From: an uncultured Thermoleophilia bacterium
GTDB taxonomy: Bacteria; Actinomycetota; Thermoleophilia; UBA2241
Length of the DNA stretch: 64,000 nt
Direction of reading: 5' to 3'
Assembly (NCBI GenBank): GCA_963715985.1
Contig: CAVQSP010000021.1
Span: forward strand, 1 to 64,000
Shown here in pieces: positions 1-11,082 of this stretch (positions within the stretch are counted from its first letter, which is position 1; each line of letters opens with the position of its first letter). The notes under the pieces are model-generated. The model searched no databases. It was not told the origin of the DNA and was given only the letters and a program-made list of their open reading frames with translations. A program made the position numbers and the translations under genes.

Positions 1-100
1 CACGTGCGCCTTCATCAGCGGTGCGAAGGCGCGCGCCCTCCTCCGCGTCGCGGAGGCTGATAGCGCGCCCGATGCCGCGCTCATAGGCGACGCCGGTCAC
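1..100 (-). CDS. 5' end of a gene running off the window edge (hypothetical)
   Basis: GTG at 100 overlaps the TGA of the 97-546 ORF (GTGA coupling); frame open to window edge (VTGVAYERGIGRAISLRDAEEG...). Confidence 0.4.
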   Translation of the reverse strand, partial: MTGVAYERGIGRAISLRDAEEGARLRTADEGAR

Positions 101-546
101 GACCGCCACGCGGCGGACGCCTTCTCCTCCGGCCAGGCGGCGGTGACGAGTTCGGGCAGTTCCCAGACCGGCACACCGAAGACGATGACGTTGACTGTCA
201 GGACGGCGCGATTCTTCGTGCCCGGCAGCGAGCAGTAGAAGCGGGGCTCGCCCTCCAGAGTCGTCAGGCTGAACTCCAGCTCTTCCTCGCCGTCGCCGGT
301 CACGACGCCCTTGATGTGCCCCACGAGCACGCAGCCGGCGGCGGCCAGCGCGGGGGAGAGGCGGCCGAGAAAGGCGCGGACGGCCGCCTCGACCTGCGAG
401 GAGTCGAGCGGCGACGGAAACGTGAGGTCGGCCGTCGCCGCGAACACCTCCGGCTGTGCCTCGTGGGAGAAGTAGCGCAGATCGTGATCGTGGTCGTACC
501 CGGCGACGTGCTCGTGCGGGTGCCGCCCGTCGTGCCCGTCGCTCAC
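97..546 (-). CDS. His-rich hypothetical protein, likely partner of the COG0523 GTPase
   Basis: N-terminal HDGRHPHEHVAGYDHDHD, GCVLVGHIKG motif; overlaps the upstream GTPase stop. Confidence 0.7.
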   Translation of the reverse strand: MSDGHDGRHPHEHVAGYDHDHDLRYFSHEAQPEVFAATADLTFPSPLDSSQVEAAVRAFLGRLSPALAAAGCVLVGHIKGVVTGDGEEELEFSLTTLEGEPRFYCSLPGTKNRAVLTVNVIVFGVPVWELPELVTAAWPEEKASAAWRS

Positions 547-1133
547 GCGAGCACGGCCTCTGAGAGCTCCTGCAGGCCGCGGCCGTCCGCCGCGGCCGTC
601 AGGAAGAGCGGCGCCTCGCCGTTGAGACTGCGCACCGCCGCAGTGACCGCCGTCGCACCCTCCTCGCCGGCAGCGTCCACCTTGTTGATGGCGATCACGT
701 CGGCGGCCTCGATCTGCGCGGTCACGAGCGGCTCCACGACCTCGATGAGCATCTCCCAGCGCTCGGCGTCCACGAGCGTCAGCACGGTCGCCGAGCGGAT
801 GGACGGCAGCAGCTCCAGCACCGTACGCGTGATGTCTCCGGGTGCCGCGAGGCCTGTGGGTTCAACGACGGCCCAGTCGGGGTCGAACTCGGACTCGATG
901 TCGCGCAACATCTGCGCAAGGCCGGTCTGCAGGGTGCAGCAGATGCAGCCGCCGAAGAGCTCGCGCACGGCGAGGCCGTGATGGCGCACGACTTCTCCGT
1001 CCACGCCGATCTCGCCGATCTCGTTCTCCACGATGGCGAGGCTCAGCCCGTCCTCCGTCATGCGCCTCGCGAGGTCGAGCAGGACCGTGGTCTTGCCCGA
1101 GCCCAGAAAACCGGCGATGACGAGCAGCTTCAC
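543..1133 (-). CDS. CobW/COG0523-family (G3E) metallochaperone GTPase, short form
   Basis: Walker A GFLGSGKTT, ENEIGEIGVDG, GGCICCT metal motif, EPTG, INKVD; GTG start at 1133. Confidence 0.9.
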   Translation of the reverse strand: MKLLVIAGFLGSGKTTVLLDLARRMTEDGLSLAIVENEIGEIGVDGEVVRHHGLAVRELFGGCICCTLQTGLAQMLRDIESEFDPDWAVVEPTGLAAPGDITRTVLELLPSIRSATVLTLVDAERWEMLIEVVEPLVTAQIEAADVIAINKVDAAGEEGATAVTAAVRSLNGEAPLFLTAAADGRGLQELSEAVLA

Positions 1134-1146
1134 GGCAGTGGCAGGG

Positions 1147-1872
1147 TCAGGAGTCCGCCGCGCCGCCGGCGAACAGCTCGGGCCTGAAGTCCTCCAGCGT
1201 GAGCTCGTGCCCGGGCGGGGCGACGACGAAGTCGGCACCCCAGCCGCCCTCCACGAGGGCGTCCAGGATGCGCGTGGTGCCGGGGGCATCCTCGATCGCC
1301 AGGTCGAACTGCTCGGCGAAGTCCGCCACGCGGGCGCGGTACGGCTCCAGGTCGTACCGGCCGGTGTCCACGAGCACGATGCGTGTGTAGTGCTTGAGCA
1401 GCAGGCGCATCATCTTCTCCGCGCGTTCGGCGCCGCGTTTCTCGATGAGCTTCTCGTGCTCGCTGACGATGGTGTCGCACTCCTCCAGGTACGCCTTGGC
1501 CACGTAGTAGGAGCCGGGCTCCTTGGCGTTCTCGGCGGCGAAGGCTTCGTTGGAGCCGAGCATCATCGCGATACAGTCGTCCACCCTCGGCACGACGAGC
1601 GTGGCGTGCTCGGTCTTGAGCCCCAGCACGGAGTTGGAGCACAGACCGTACCCGAGCACGATGGTAGCCCCCGGCTTGTCCGCCTCGGCGACCGCCGTCT
1701 GCAGCGCGGTCTTGAGACGCTCCGGACTCAGGTGAAGCTGAGCCTCGAGCTTGCGGGCGTCGATGCCGTCGGTGGCGCCGTCGGCAAGCTCACCGAGTAC
1801 GGCCGGGCAGGCGATGAGCTTGAGGCCGTCCAAGCCGCGCCGCGCCGTCTGGGGCCGTTCATCGTTGGTCAT
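1147..1872 (-). CDS. DUF1638 domain protein
   Basis: LIAC...LHLSPERL...IVLGYGLCSN...VPRVDDCIAMMLGS pattern recognised as DUF1638. Confidence 0.85.
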   Translation of the reverse strand: MTNDERPQTARRGLDGLKLIACPAVLGELADGATDGIDARKLEAQLHLSPERLKTALQTAVAEADKPGATIVLGYGLCSNSVLGLKTEHATLVVPRVDDCIAMMLGSNEAFAAENAKEPGSYYVAKAYLEECDTIVSEHEKLIEKRGAERAEKMMRLLLKHYTRIVLVDTGRYDLEPYRARVADFAEQFDLAIEDAPGTTRILDALVEGGWGADFVVAPPGHELTLEDFRPELFAGGAADS

Positions 1873-2031
1873 GTGTCACCCTGGGTCGCGACCGTCGAGA
1901 TCGGGCTTCATGGTAGCAGGCAAGTCGCTGGGTGCGCAGCGCATGGCGGCGGGGAGGCTGGGCGGGCCGTCCGTAGGCGCCTTTTGCTGTAGGCTCCAGA
2001 GAGATACGAGGCTGGAAGGGAGACCACCACG

Positions 2032-2697
2032 ATGGAGTTCGAGAACGTCATCCGCGGCCGGCGCAGCATCCGCGCCTACAAGTCCGAGCCGGTGCCGGAG
2101 AGCACCGTGCGCGAGATCCTCGACCAGGCCCGCTGGGCGCCGTCGTGGCGCAATACGCAGGCGTGGGACGTGTGGGTGCTGAGGGGTGCGGCGTTGGAGC
2201 GCTTCAAGGACGCCTTCAAGCGCGCTGTGGAGAGCGGCGACGGCGGCGCCGGGCTGGAGATGCCGGTCACGGCAGAGTGGCCGGAGGCGTGCTCGGCCCG
2301 TACCGCCGAACTCATGCAGGTCCGCAAGGCGACCCTCGACGCGGCCGGCGAGGCCAGCGACCCGGCGAGCGCCCTCGCCCGTATGGCCGACCTCTTCGGG
2401 GCGCCCTGCCTCGTCGTCTTTGGCTTCGATTCGTGTCTGGCAGAGGCCTACGCCAGCTTCGACGTCGGCATGCTGGCGCAGAGCGCCTGTCTCGCCGCCA
2501 CCAACATGGGGCTCGGCAGCTGCCTTCTGGCGACGCCACTTCGCTACGGGCCCATCCTGCGCGAGGTGCTGCCCAACGCCAAGGGCAAGCACTTCGTGAT
2601 CGCGATGACGCTGGGAGTGCCGGACCTGGAGTCACCGGCCAACACGTTTGCGCGCTCGCGGGCCGACCTCGATGAGATCGTCTCCTGGGTGTCATGA
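2032..2697 (+). CDS. Nitroreductase family protein
   Basis: RRSIRAY, APSWRNTQAW, GLGSC motifs; RBS-like sequence upstream. Confidence 0.9.
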   Translation: MEFENVIRGRRSIRAYKSEPVPESTVREILDQARWAPSWRNTQAWDVWVLRGAALERFKDAFKRAVESGDGGAGLEMPVTAEWPEACSARTAELMQVRKATLDAAGEASDPASALARMADLFGAPCLVVFGFDSCLAEAYASFDVGMLAQSACLAATNMGLGSCLLATPLRYGPILREVLPNAKGKHFVIAMTLGVPDLESPANTFARSRADLDEIVSWVS

Positions 2698-2724
2698 CCT
2701 GACCCGTTCGCGTCGCCTAGCCGC

Positions 2725-4191
2725 ATGGCCCTGATCAAGCGCATCACCGACGAAGACGTCTACCGGCGCCGCTGGCAGTTGCTCGCCTTGACCTCGGTCG
2801 GCGCGTTCATGTGGCCGCTGGACGGGTCGATCGTCAGCGTGGCCATGCCGGTGATGGGGGCGGACCTGGGCCTCAGCTTCGCCGCCGCAATGTGGGTGTC
2901 GGCGGCGTTCCTCCTGACCACGGCGGTCCTGCTGATCCCCTCCGGCCGCCTCGCGGACCAGCATGGTCGCGTGCGCTTCTACCTGCTCGGCATCGCCATC
3001 TTCACCGTCGGTTCGGTTCTGTGCGCGGCCAGCATGAACGGTACGTGGCTCATCGCCTCGCGCATCATCCAGGCCGCCGGCGCCGCGCTGATGGGGGCGA
3101 CCTCGGCCGCCATCGTGACCTCCGTCTTCCCGCCGCACGAGCGCGGCCGCGCCCTCGGTATCAACGTGATGTCCGTGTACCTTGGTCTGAGCGTGGGCCC
3201 GCCGCTGGGCGGGATCATCGCGGACACAGTGGGCTGGCGCTGGATCTTCCTCATCAATCTACCCATCGGGATCATCGTCCTCGTGTGGGGCTGGTTCATG
3301 CTGCCCCGCAGCGAGGGCATACCGGAGGCGCCGCGCCTGGACGTCGCGGGGTCAGTGCTTCTCGGTGCGTTTCTCGTCACTCTCCTTGTCCCCCTCACCT
3401 TCTCCACGGAGTGGGGCTGGGCGTCGGGGTTCACCATCGGGCTGCTCGTCGTCTCGGCTCTGTCGTTCGTCGCGTTCCTCGTGGTCGAGCGCCGCGTTTC
3501 CTCGCCGATCCTCGACCTCGACCTGGTCCTCAAGAACCGCCTGTTCGCCGCCGCCAACACTGCCGCTCTGCTCAACTACATGGCGCTCTACGGAATCGCC
3601 CTGCTGACGGCCATCTTCCTGGAGGTCGTCCAGGATCGCTCGGCGGGAGCCACCGGCTTGCTCATCCTCAGCCAGCCGCTGCTGATGGCCGTGCTCAGTC
3701 CGTTCAGCGGTCGCCTGAGCGACCGCATCGGCTCGCGCGTGCTGGCCACCGGCGGCATGGTGGCCATCGCCGGCGGCATGATCCTGCTGGCCGCCATGCC
3801 GACCGCGGCACCGGTGTGGCAGGTGGCGCTGTACCTCGGCATCGTGGGCGTGGGCATGGCCGCCTTCAGCGCCCCTAACACGTCGGCCGTCATGGGCAGT
3901 GTGAGGCGCGACCAGCTGAGCGTGGCGAGCGCGTTTCTGGGCACGATGCGGACGGCGGGTCAGGCGCTGAGCGTGGCCATCCTGGGCGGCATGGCCGCGA
4001 GTCAGCTCGGGCGGCTCGGCGGGCGGCTGCTGTTCACGCACGGGCACGCCGCCGGCGCCGGCAGTCTGGGCCAACGTGCTGTGGAAGCGTATGCGCAGGG
4101 CTACCGGTACGCCATGGTCACCGGGGCCGTGCTGGCACTGGTGGGCGCCGCCGTCTCGCTGACGCGGGGAGGTCACGAGGCGGCTGCTTGA
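2725..4191 (+). CDS. DHA2 (EmrB/QacA-type) 14-TM MFS transporter
   Basis: LDGSIVSVAMP, GRLADQHGR, GPPLGG, WRWIFLINLPIG motifs; many hydrophobic helices. Confidence 0.92.
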   Translation: MALIKRITDEDVYRRRWQLLALTSVGAFMWPLDGSIVSVAMPVMGADLGLSFAAAMWVSAAFLLTTAVLLIPSGRLADQHGRVRFYLLGIAIFTVGSVLCAASMNGTWLIASRIIQAAGAALMGATSAAIVTSVFPPHERGRALGINVMSVYLGLSVGPPLGGIIADTVGWRWIFLINLPIGIIVLVWGWFMLPRSEGIPEAPRLDVAGSVLLGAFLVTLLVPLTFSTEWGWASGFTIGLLVVSALSFVAFLVVERRVSSPILDLDLVLKNRLFAAANTAALLNYMALYGIALLTAIFLEVVQDRSAGATGLLILSQPLLMAVLSPFSGRLSDRIGSRVLATGGMVAIAGGMILLAAMPTAAPVWQVALYLGIVGVGMAAFSAPNTSAVMGSVRRDQLSVASAFLGTMRTAGQALSVAILGGMAASQLGRLGGRLLFTHGHAAGAGSLGQRAVEAYAQGYRYAMVTGAVLALVGAAVSLTRGGHEAAA

Positions 4192-4385
4192 GTGCGGTGC
4201 CTCCTGTACGCCGTCGTCGGCCGGGCTGGCCCGCACCCGCACGTGCCTGGAGCAATTGACCCTACGGAGATAGGTTTATCCGTTCGTCCGGAGGGCCATG
4301 TCTCCTAGGTGAGGACGGGACCGTCTTGTCCTCCGGGCAGGGCGTTGGTGTCGTCAGAGTCGTTCCAGCGCCCAGAGGTGACATC

Positions 4386-4975
4386 ATGACGACCACTCTG
4401 CGGAGAAGAGGCTTCGCCATCGGCGGTACGCTCCTGCTGGCGTTGGCCTTGTCCATTATGAGCATCACAACGGCTCGCGCCGATCCTCTCGCTCGCGCCC
4501 AGACGTCGGCGGCTGCCACGAGTGGGCCTGCTACTCCTCCGGCCGGTACCGAAGGCAGGGGCGGTGCGGCCCTTCTGCCGGCCGTCGCTCTGGCCGGCAC
4601 CCAAGGCCGAGGCGGCGTCGCGTAGTCGCGCCGTTGACGCCGCTGGCCGGCACCGAAGGCAGGGGCGGCGTCGCCCTGCTGCCGACGTCGACCGTCGCGG
4701 CCGGCACGGCCGGGGCAGCGGCTGCACTGCTAGTCAGCAGGACCGCGCTGGTCGGTCGCGGGCTTGTGCCCTTGCCCATCGGGTCCGCGCCGGCGAACGC
4801 CGGCTGGATCGCGGGAGGGCTCGCCGCCGCCGCTCTTTTCGGCGGGCTGATCGCCTACTGGGCGTTGTCGCGGCGTGACCGTAGCGCCCAGGAGGCTTCC
4901 GTGACGAGTATCAGTCGGGAGCCCGTCGCGAGATCCGACGGCGTCTCCCAGGAGTGGGAGCGCAAGGCCGCCTGA
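4386..4975 (+). CDS. Exported repeat protein with AGT(E/Q)GRGG repeats and C-terminal TM; split by a probable 1-nt frameshift near 4622
   Basis: GAGG RBS, signal-peptide-like N-terminus, three motif copies across ORFs 4326-4625 and 4634-4975; one added base restores a continuous frame. Confidence 0.65.
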
Positions 4976-5011
4976 ACGGGTGGCGCCCACGCATCTGCAT
5001 CGCCGACCCGG

Positions 5012-5053
5012 CGAGGAGGGCGGCGGGGCCTCAAGGCCCCGCCGCCCTTCTCG
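5012..5053. terminator. Stem-loop between convergent genes
   Basis: cgaggagggcggcggggcc-tcaa-ggccccgccgcccttctcg inverted repeat. Confidence 0.75.
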
Positions 5054-5090
5054 TTATCGCGGCCCGGCGACACCTCTGCGGAGCGTACTT

Positions 5091-7411
5091 TCAGGCCGCG
5101 CACCCGTCGGCCGGCGGCGCAGGTCATCGCCTCGGCCGGGACGGCAGGTCCGGCGGGCCTGCCCGCGTCGCCCGCGGATCCGCCGGCATGGCCGGACCCG
5201 GCCTGACCATCTGCCGGACCGCCATCTGCCCGAACCGCCACGGCCGGCGCACCCTCGATGCTCAGGTGCGGCAGCCACTGCAGCCACGTCGGCAGGTACC
5301 AGTTCCAGCGCCCCGAGCAGCTTCATCGCCGCCGGCACCATGATAGTACGGATCAGGGTTGCGTCGAGCAGCACCGCGACTGCAAGGCCGAAGCCCATCT
5401 GCTGGAACATCACGAGGTCGCCGGCCGCGAAACCGGCGAACACGGCGACCATGATCAGCGCCGCGCCGGTGATGATGCCGGCCGTCGCGCCGACGCCCTC
5501 GGTGACCGAGGCCGTGTTGTCGCCGGATCTGTCCCAGGCCTCCTTGATGCGGCTGAGCAGGAAGACCTGGTAGTCCATGGAGAGGCCGAAGAGCACCGCG
5601 AAGAGGAAGAGCGGCACCCATTGCTCGACGGCCGGCACCTGCTCGAACCCAGGACGCCCGCGCCGACGCCGCGGAGCGAACACCAGCGTGATGAGGCCGT
5701 AGGCGGCCCCACACTCAGCAGGTTCATCACGATCGCCTTGGCCGGGATGACGATGGAGCGGAAGGCCACGAGCAGCAGCAGGAAGCTGAGACTGAGGACG
5801 AGGGCGAACACCCAGGGGAAGTAGGCGGTTGACGATGTCGATGTAGTCGACGTTGCCGGCGGTCTGCCCGGTGACGTAGACGCGGGCTCCGTGTCGGCGA
5901 AGGCGGGGGACCATGTGGCGCGGAGGTCGCGGACGCCGTTCGCGGCGGCGAGCTGCCGACGGCGTCGCCGTTCACCGGCACCGAGAGGAGCGTCAGCGTG
6001 CCCGACCCGGCGGTCTGCGTCTGCAGCGGCCCGAAGGACTTGTCGGCGGCCAGCTCGCGCGTGAGTCGGCGATGCCGGACTGCACGGCCGGCGACGTCGC
6101 CTGGCCGTCGACCACGACAGCACCGGGCTCACCGCCCGGCGGAGAACTGCGGTCGAGGACGGCGAAGCGCGCTTGCTCTCGAAGCCGTCAGGGAACGTGT
6201 TCACGCCGGAGACGCCCGTCTTCATGAAGAGGATCGGCGACGCAGCGAGCAGCAGGATGACGACGCCGGTGCTCAGCGCCAGCGCCGGACGGCGCATGGC
6301 GCGCTGTGCGTGCGGGCGATCCACGAGGTCTGCCGGCGGCGCGGCCGTCGAGCAGGCGCCGGCCCAGGTACGGGATCGCAGACTGTCACACGATCGCCGA
6401 GCAGGCTGAGCCGGCCGGCAGCAAGGTCAGCGCGGCCAGCACCGACATGCTGACCACCAGGATCGCGCCGATCGCGAGACTGGCGAAGACGTTGGTCGGC
6501 ACGAGCAGGAGGCCGGCAGGGCGAGCACGACCGTGAGCCCGCTGAACAGCACCGCGCGGCTGGCCGTACCGCCGGTGACGGTGATGGCGTCCATCTTGCC
6601 GCGCCCCAGGGCGCGCTCTTCACGGTAGCGCGAGACGATGAACAGCGAGTAGTCGATGCCGGTGGCGAGGCCCATCATGCTGATCATGTTGATGGCGAAC
6701 ACAGAGACGTCGAAGGTCATGGCCGAGCAGGGCCGTGAGCGCGACCGCCGCGTGATGGCGATGAGGCGCAGGACGACGGGAACGCGCGGCGACCACGGCG
6801 CCGAAGACGATGAGCAGCACGATGAGGGCGATCGGCACGCCGATGCCTTCGCCGCGGCGCAGGTCGTTGTTTGCCGTCTGGCCGAAGTCGCTCTGGATGC
6901 TGGCCGTGCCCGTGATGAGCGTGTGAAGCCGCGCGGCCGTCGGCGGCGCTCACGACGGCGTGCACCTTGTCGATGTTCTTCTCGGCCTGCGTGAGGTCGC
7001 CGGCCATGACGATGGGAAGGAGGGTGGTGCGCCCGTCGGCGGAGACGAGCGCCTTGCCGCCGCCCCGGTAGTAGCTGGCGACGCCGTCGACCACGCCGGG
7101 GCCGAGCGCGGCGATGCGCCGCTGCAGGTCCGTCACGGCCGTGCGGAAGGCGGGATCCTTCACCGTGGCCGTGTCGGAGCGCACGATGACCACCTCGTTG
7201 GCCTTCTGCGGCAGGCCCATCTTCTGGGCGAGCAGCTCTGGCCGGTCTTGGAATCAGGGTTGCCCAGAAGCGAGTACTGCGCCGTGAGGCTGCCGGGCAG
7301 CACGAGCGCGATGACGGCGCCGGCCGCCAGAAGGCCCACGACCCACAGGCCCACCGTGAGCCACGGTCGCCTCGCGGCGCCGCGAGCGAGGGATGTCGTA
7401 GAGAGTCTCAT
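5091..7411 (-). CDS. MMPL (RND) family transporter, multiply frameshifted; 3' end approximate
   Basis: Fragments in different frames: GLATGIDYSLFIVSRYREE, FGLSMDYQVFLLSRIKEAW, GIITGAALIM, LLDATLIRTIMVPA. Confidence 0.85.
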
Positions 7412-7624
7412 AGCTTCCCCTCAGGGACACGGTCCCGCGTGACGAGCGGAAACCGGAGTAATTTAGTCCTGTCAGGGAGGTGACTGCCCGCAGGCTGGAC
7501 GCCGGAAACGTTGCGACGGCGTTTGGGCACGACCGGGCGTACGTGGAACGGGCCGGGGAGGCGAAGCGCTCCCCGGCCCGTCGGCCAAGATGGTGCGCGC
7601 CGCTTCCGCGGCGCGCTACCGAGG

Positions 7625-8355
7625 TCAGGTCGTCGGAGGCGCCGGCGGCACGGTCGGCGGCTCAGGCGCGGCGCGGCCGGAGGCTCGGGCGCCGGCGGGG
7701 TCACGACGGGCGGCTCGGCCGCAGGCGGCGCGGCGACCGGAGGCTCTGCCATAGGCGGCATGGCGGCCGGCGGCTCTGCTACAGGCGGCGCGGCTTGAGC
7801 GGGCGGCGGCGGAGGCGGCGCGGCCTGGGTGGGCGGAGGCGTCAGCGGTGCCGGGGCGACCGGCGGGGCGAGCGGCTGGGGGGCGCCGGCGGGCTGGTAC
7901 GGCGGAGGCGGCGGAGGCGCAGCGTAGCCGCCGCCGGCCATCTGCATCGCCGGCTGGTAGCGGAAGTTCCCGAAGCCGAGCACCAGGTACATGATCGGGG
8001 CGAAGAGCCAGAGGAGGATGCCGAACCCGGTTCCCTGGCCGAAGTTCCTGGCCACGGCCAGCGCAAGGAACAGCGACATGACCCAGATGGCGATGGCCAG
8101 CAGCCACCCGATGATGGGGATCCACGCGAGAAGGGCCCCGACGAGCATGATCCAGAACCAGGATGTGGGCTTGCCGGCGATCTTCACCCAGATGTACAGG
8201 TTGTAGAAGGGGATGATGGCGGCCCAGCCGGGGTGCCCCGCCTTCACGAAGGTCTTCCAGAGTCCGATGACCACGACCACGTAGAACGCGATCACGAACA
8301 GAGTCCAGATGGCGGCCCACGCTCCGTTCACGTTGTAGTTGTAGCTGTAGTCCAT
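7625..8355 (-). CDS. DUF5684-like membrane protein with Pro/Ala-rich tail
   Basis: LWKTFVKAGHPGWAAIIPFYNLY and FGQGTGFG motifs; tail probably frameshifts to the stop at 7625. Confidence 0.8.
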
Positions 8356-8550
8356 GGAGAGGTCCTCCTCGCGTGTTCAGTCCTGGAGCTTGTGCCGGTG
8401 TCTTCCCCGCGGCGGGCGAACATCCTGCCCGCCGCTGTGACTCCCTATCGGAACGCCGCGCGCCATTCTTGACCCGAGGGCGGACGGTGCGGGCGCTGCG
8501 TTGCGCGCGCCTTGCGTGTGGGCATGTTGGGGTGGACGAAGGGAGCAGAC

Positions 8551-9286
8551 ATGAGCCACGTGCCGAAACGTATCGCGACCGGGGTGTACCAGATCGGTCT
8601 GGGCGGCGTGAACGCCTTCCTGGTCGACCTCGACGATCCGGCGCCGGCCCCCGGCGCTGCCGGTGGCCTGGTCCTCATCGACACCGGCACCGCCGCCGAC
8701 GCGCGGCGCATCGGGCAGGCGGTCCTCGATCTCGGACGCCGGCCCGACGAGCTGCGCGGCGTCGTGATCACGCACTTCCACGGCGACCACATCGGCGGGC
8801 TCGCGACGGTCAAGGAGCGCACCGGGCGCGGAGGTATGGATGCACCCTGCCGACGCCGAGCTTGTGCGGACCGGGGTCACGATGCGCGAGCTCGAGCCGG
8901 GTCCCGGGCATCTCCGCGCCTTCATCGTGCGGCTGATGGGACGGCGTCCGCTGAAGCCCCGCGAGCCCATCGCCGTCGAGCACGACGTGAGCGACGGCGA
9001 GACGCTGCCGTTCGCCGGCCTGCGCGCGATCCACACGCCCGGGCACAGCGCCGGTCACCTGGCTCTTCTGCTGCCCCGCGACGGCGGCGTGCTGTTCGTC
9101 GGCGACGCGGCCACCGACTTCGGCCGCCTGAGCTGGGGCCCGGTCTACGAAGACGTGGCCGAGGGCGAGCGGAGCCTGCGCAAGCTCGCGGCGCTCGACT
9201 TCGAGGTCGCCGCCTTCTCCCACGGGCGGCCGATTCGCGCGCATGCCGCGGAGCGCTTCCGCAAGCGCTGGCCGCCGGCGGGATGA
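8551..9286 (+). CDS. MBL-fold metallo-hydrolase (frameshift near 8830)
   Basis: LIDTG, THFHGDHIGG, HTPGHSAGH, FVGDA, FSHG spread over two frames. Confidence 0.85.
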
Positions 9287-9415
9287 GGCGCCGGGGGCGC
9301 TCGCCGACTCCCCGGACCGCGGTCCCCGTGTCGGCGGTCCGCGATCCCGGGCAGCGGTCCGCGGTTCCGCACGGGAGGCCCCCTGCACGCGCTCAGTTTG
9401 ACCAAGAATCGCCTG

Positions 9416-9443
9416 TTGACGGCTTCTCGTCGTTCCGTATGGT
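9416..9443 (+). promoter_or_regulatory. Putative sigma70-type promoter
   Basis: TTGACG-N16-TATGGT upstream of the AAGGAG RBS of the 9491 gene. Confidence 0.4.
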
Positions 9444-9490
9444 AGATGGACGTGCCCGCGGGGTCCTCACACGAAGGAGAGGTACCGACG

Positions 9491-11070
9491 ATGCATGAGC
9501 AGAGCGCGCGCCTGCGTTCGTCCCTGATCGCTGTCTGCCTTGCCCTCGCCGCCGTGGCTGTGGCGGCGCTCGCGGCCGCCGCCCTGGGCGCCGGCACCCG
9601 GGAGCTGCCTGAACCCCCCGCGGCTCCCACGACCCTCAAGGTCATGGAGTTCAACATCGAGTACGGCGGCACGCACGTGAGCTTCGCCAAGGTGGTCGAG
9701 GCGGTGCGGAAGGCCGACCCGGACGTGATCGGCCTCGAGGAGGCCGAGACCAACAGCGGGCGCCTGGCCAGGGCCGCCGGCTACCCGTACTGGAGCGACT
9801 CGATGCAGGTCGTCTCCCGGTACCCGCTGCTCGAGCCTCCGCAGGCCGAGCGGGGCCTACCTGTACGTGCTCGTGGCGCCGGGCCGCTGCGTGGCGCTCG
9901 CCAACGTCCACCTGCCGTCCGCGCCCTACGGGCCCAACCTCATCCGCGCCGGCAAGACGGCGGCCCAGGTGGTGGCCGTCGAGGAGAAGGCGCGGCTGCC
10001 CTACATCCAGACGCAGCTCCAGCTGCTCCCGCCTCTGGCGCAGCAGGGCGTCCCGGTGTTCCTGCTCGGCGACTTCAACGCGCCGTCGCACCGCGACTAC
10101 ACGGCGGAGGCCGTCGGCACGCGCCCCAACGTCAAGTTCGTGGTCGACTGGCCGGTGAGCGAGGCCGTGGAGGCCGCCGGCTTCATCGACTCGTGGCGGG
10201 CGGTGCACCCCGACCCGGTCGACAGCCCCGGCCTCACGTGGTGGGCGGGGCGCCCCAAGGTGAGCGGCTGGAACCCGACGGCGAAGGATCCCAAGGACCG
10301 CATCGACTTCATCTACGCGGCCGGGCCGGCGACGGCCATGGCCTCTCAGCTTGCCGGCGAGAAGAACGGCCCTGAGGTCACCTTCGCCGTGAGCCCATGG
10401 CCGACGGACCACCGCGGTGTGCTGTCCACCTTCGAGGTGACGCCGGGACCGCTGCCGGTGATGGTCGCGCCGGCGCCGCGGCTGGCCAAGGTGGGCGACA
10501 CGGTGACGGTGTACTACCAGGCGGCGGCCGGCGGTGCCGCGGCGGTGGCGCTGGTGCGGGCCGGCGGCGGGGTGGCCGACGCCGTCAAGACCGTGGACGT
10601 GCCCGCCGGCGCCGCCGCGAACGGCTCCGTCTCGCTTGAGCACGACGGGACTCGCGCCGGCCGACTACGAACTGCTGCTGGTGGGCGCGGGCGACGAGGT
10701 CCAGGCCCGCGCCCCCTTCTGGCTGCAGGCGCCCGGCGCCAAGCCGCGCATCGCCGTGGACAAGAAGACCTACGCGCCCGGCGAGCCCATCGTCGTGAGC
10801 TGGAAGAACGCGCCGGCCAACCGCTGGGACTGGCTCGGTGTGTACAAGGCGGGTGCCGCCGACCCCAACGTCGACTCCTACCTGATCTGGCAGTACACCG
10901 GCGGACCGGGCTCGGGGACGTCGGCGGGACCCGTGGCCGGGTCCATGACGCTCCGCAAGGACACCGTCGAGGGCAAGCCTTGGCCGCTCAAGCGCGGCAA
11001 GTACGTGCTCTACTACCTGCTCGCGGACGGCTATGAGGCCGTGGCCAGGACGACGTTCACCGTCAAGTAG
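9491..11070 (+). CDS. Secreted endonuclease/exonuclease/phosphatase (EEP) family protein with C-terminal beta-sandwich-like domains (frameshifts near 9850 and 10640)
   Basis: Signal peptide; MEFNIEYG, DVIGLEEA, GDFN, RIDFIY, PTDHRGV motifs. Confidence 0.85.
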
Positions 11071-11082
11071 GGGAGGGGGTCC

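Noticed and set aside
4623-4625. Pyrrolysine or stop-codon readthrough at TAG
   Set aside because: The downstream repeat is in a different frame and a TGA follows in frame; a 1-nt indel explains it
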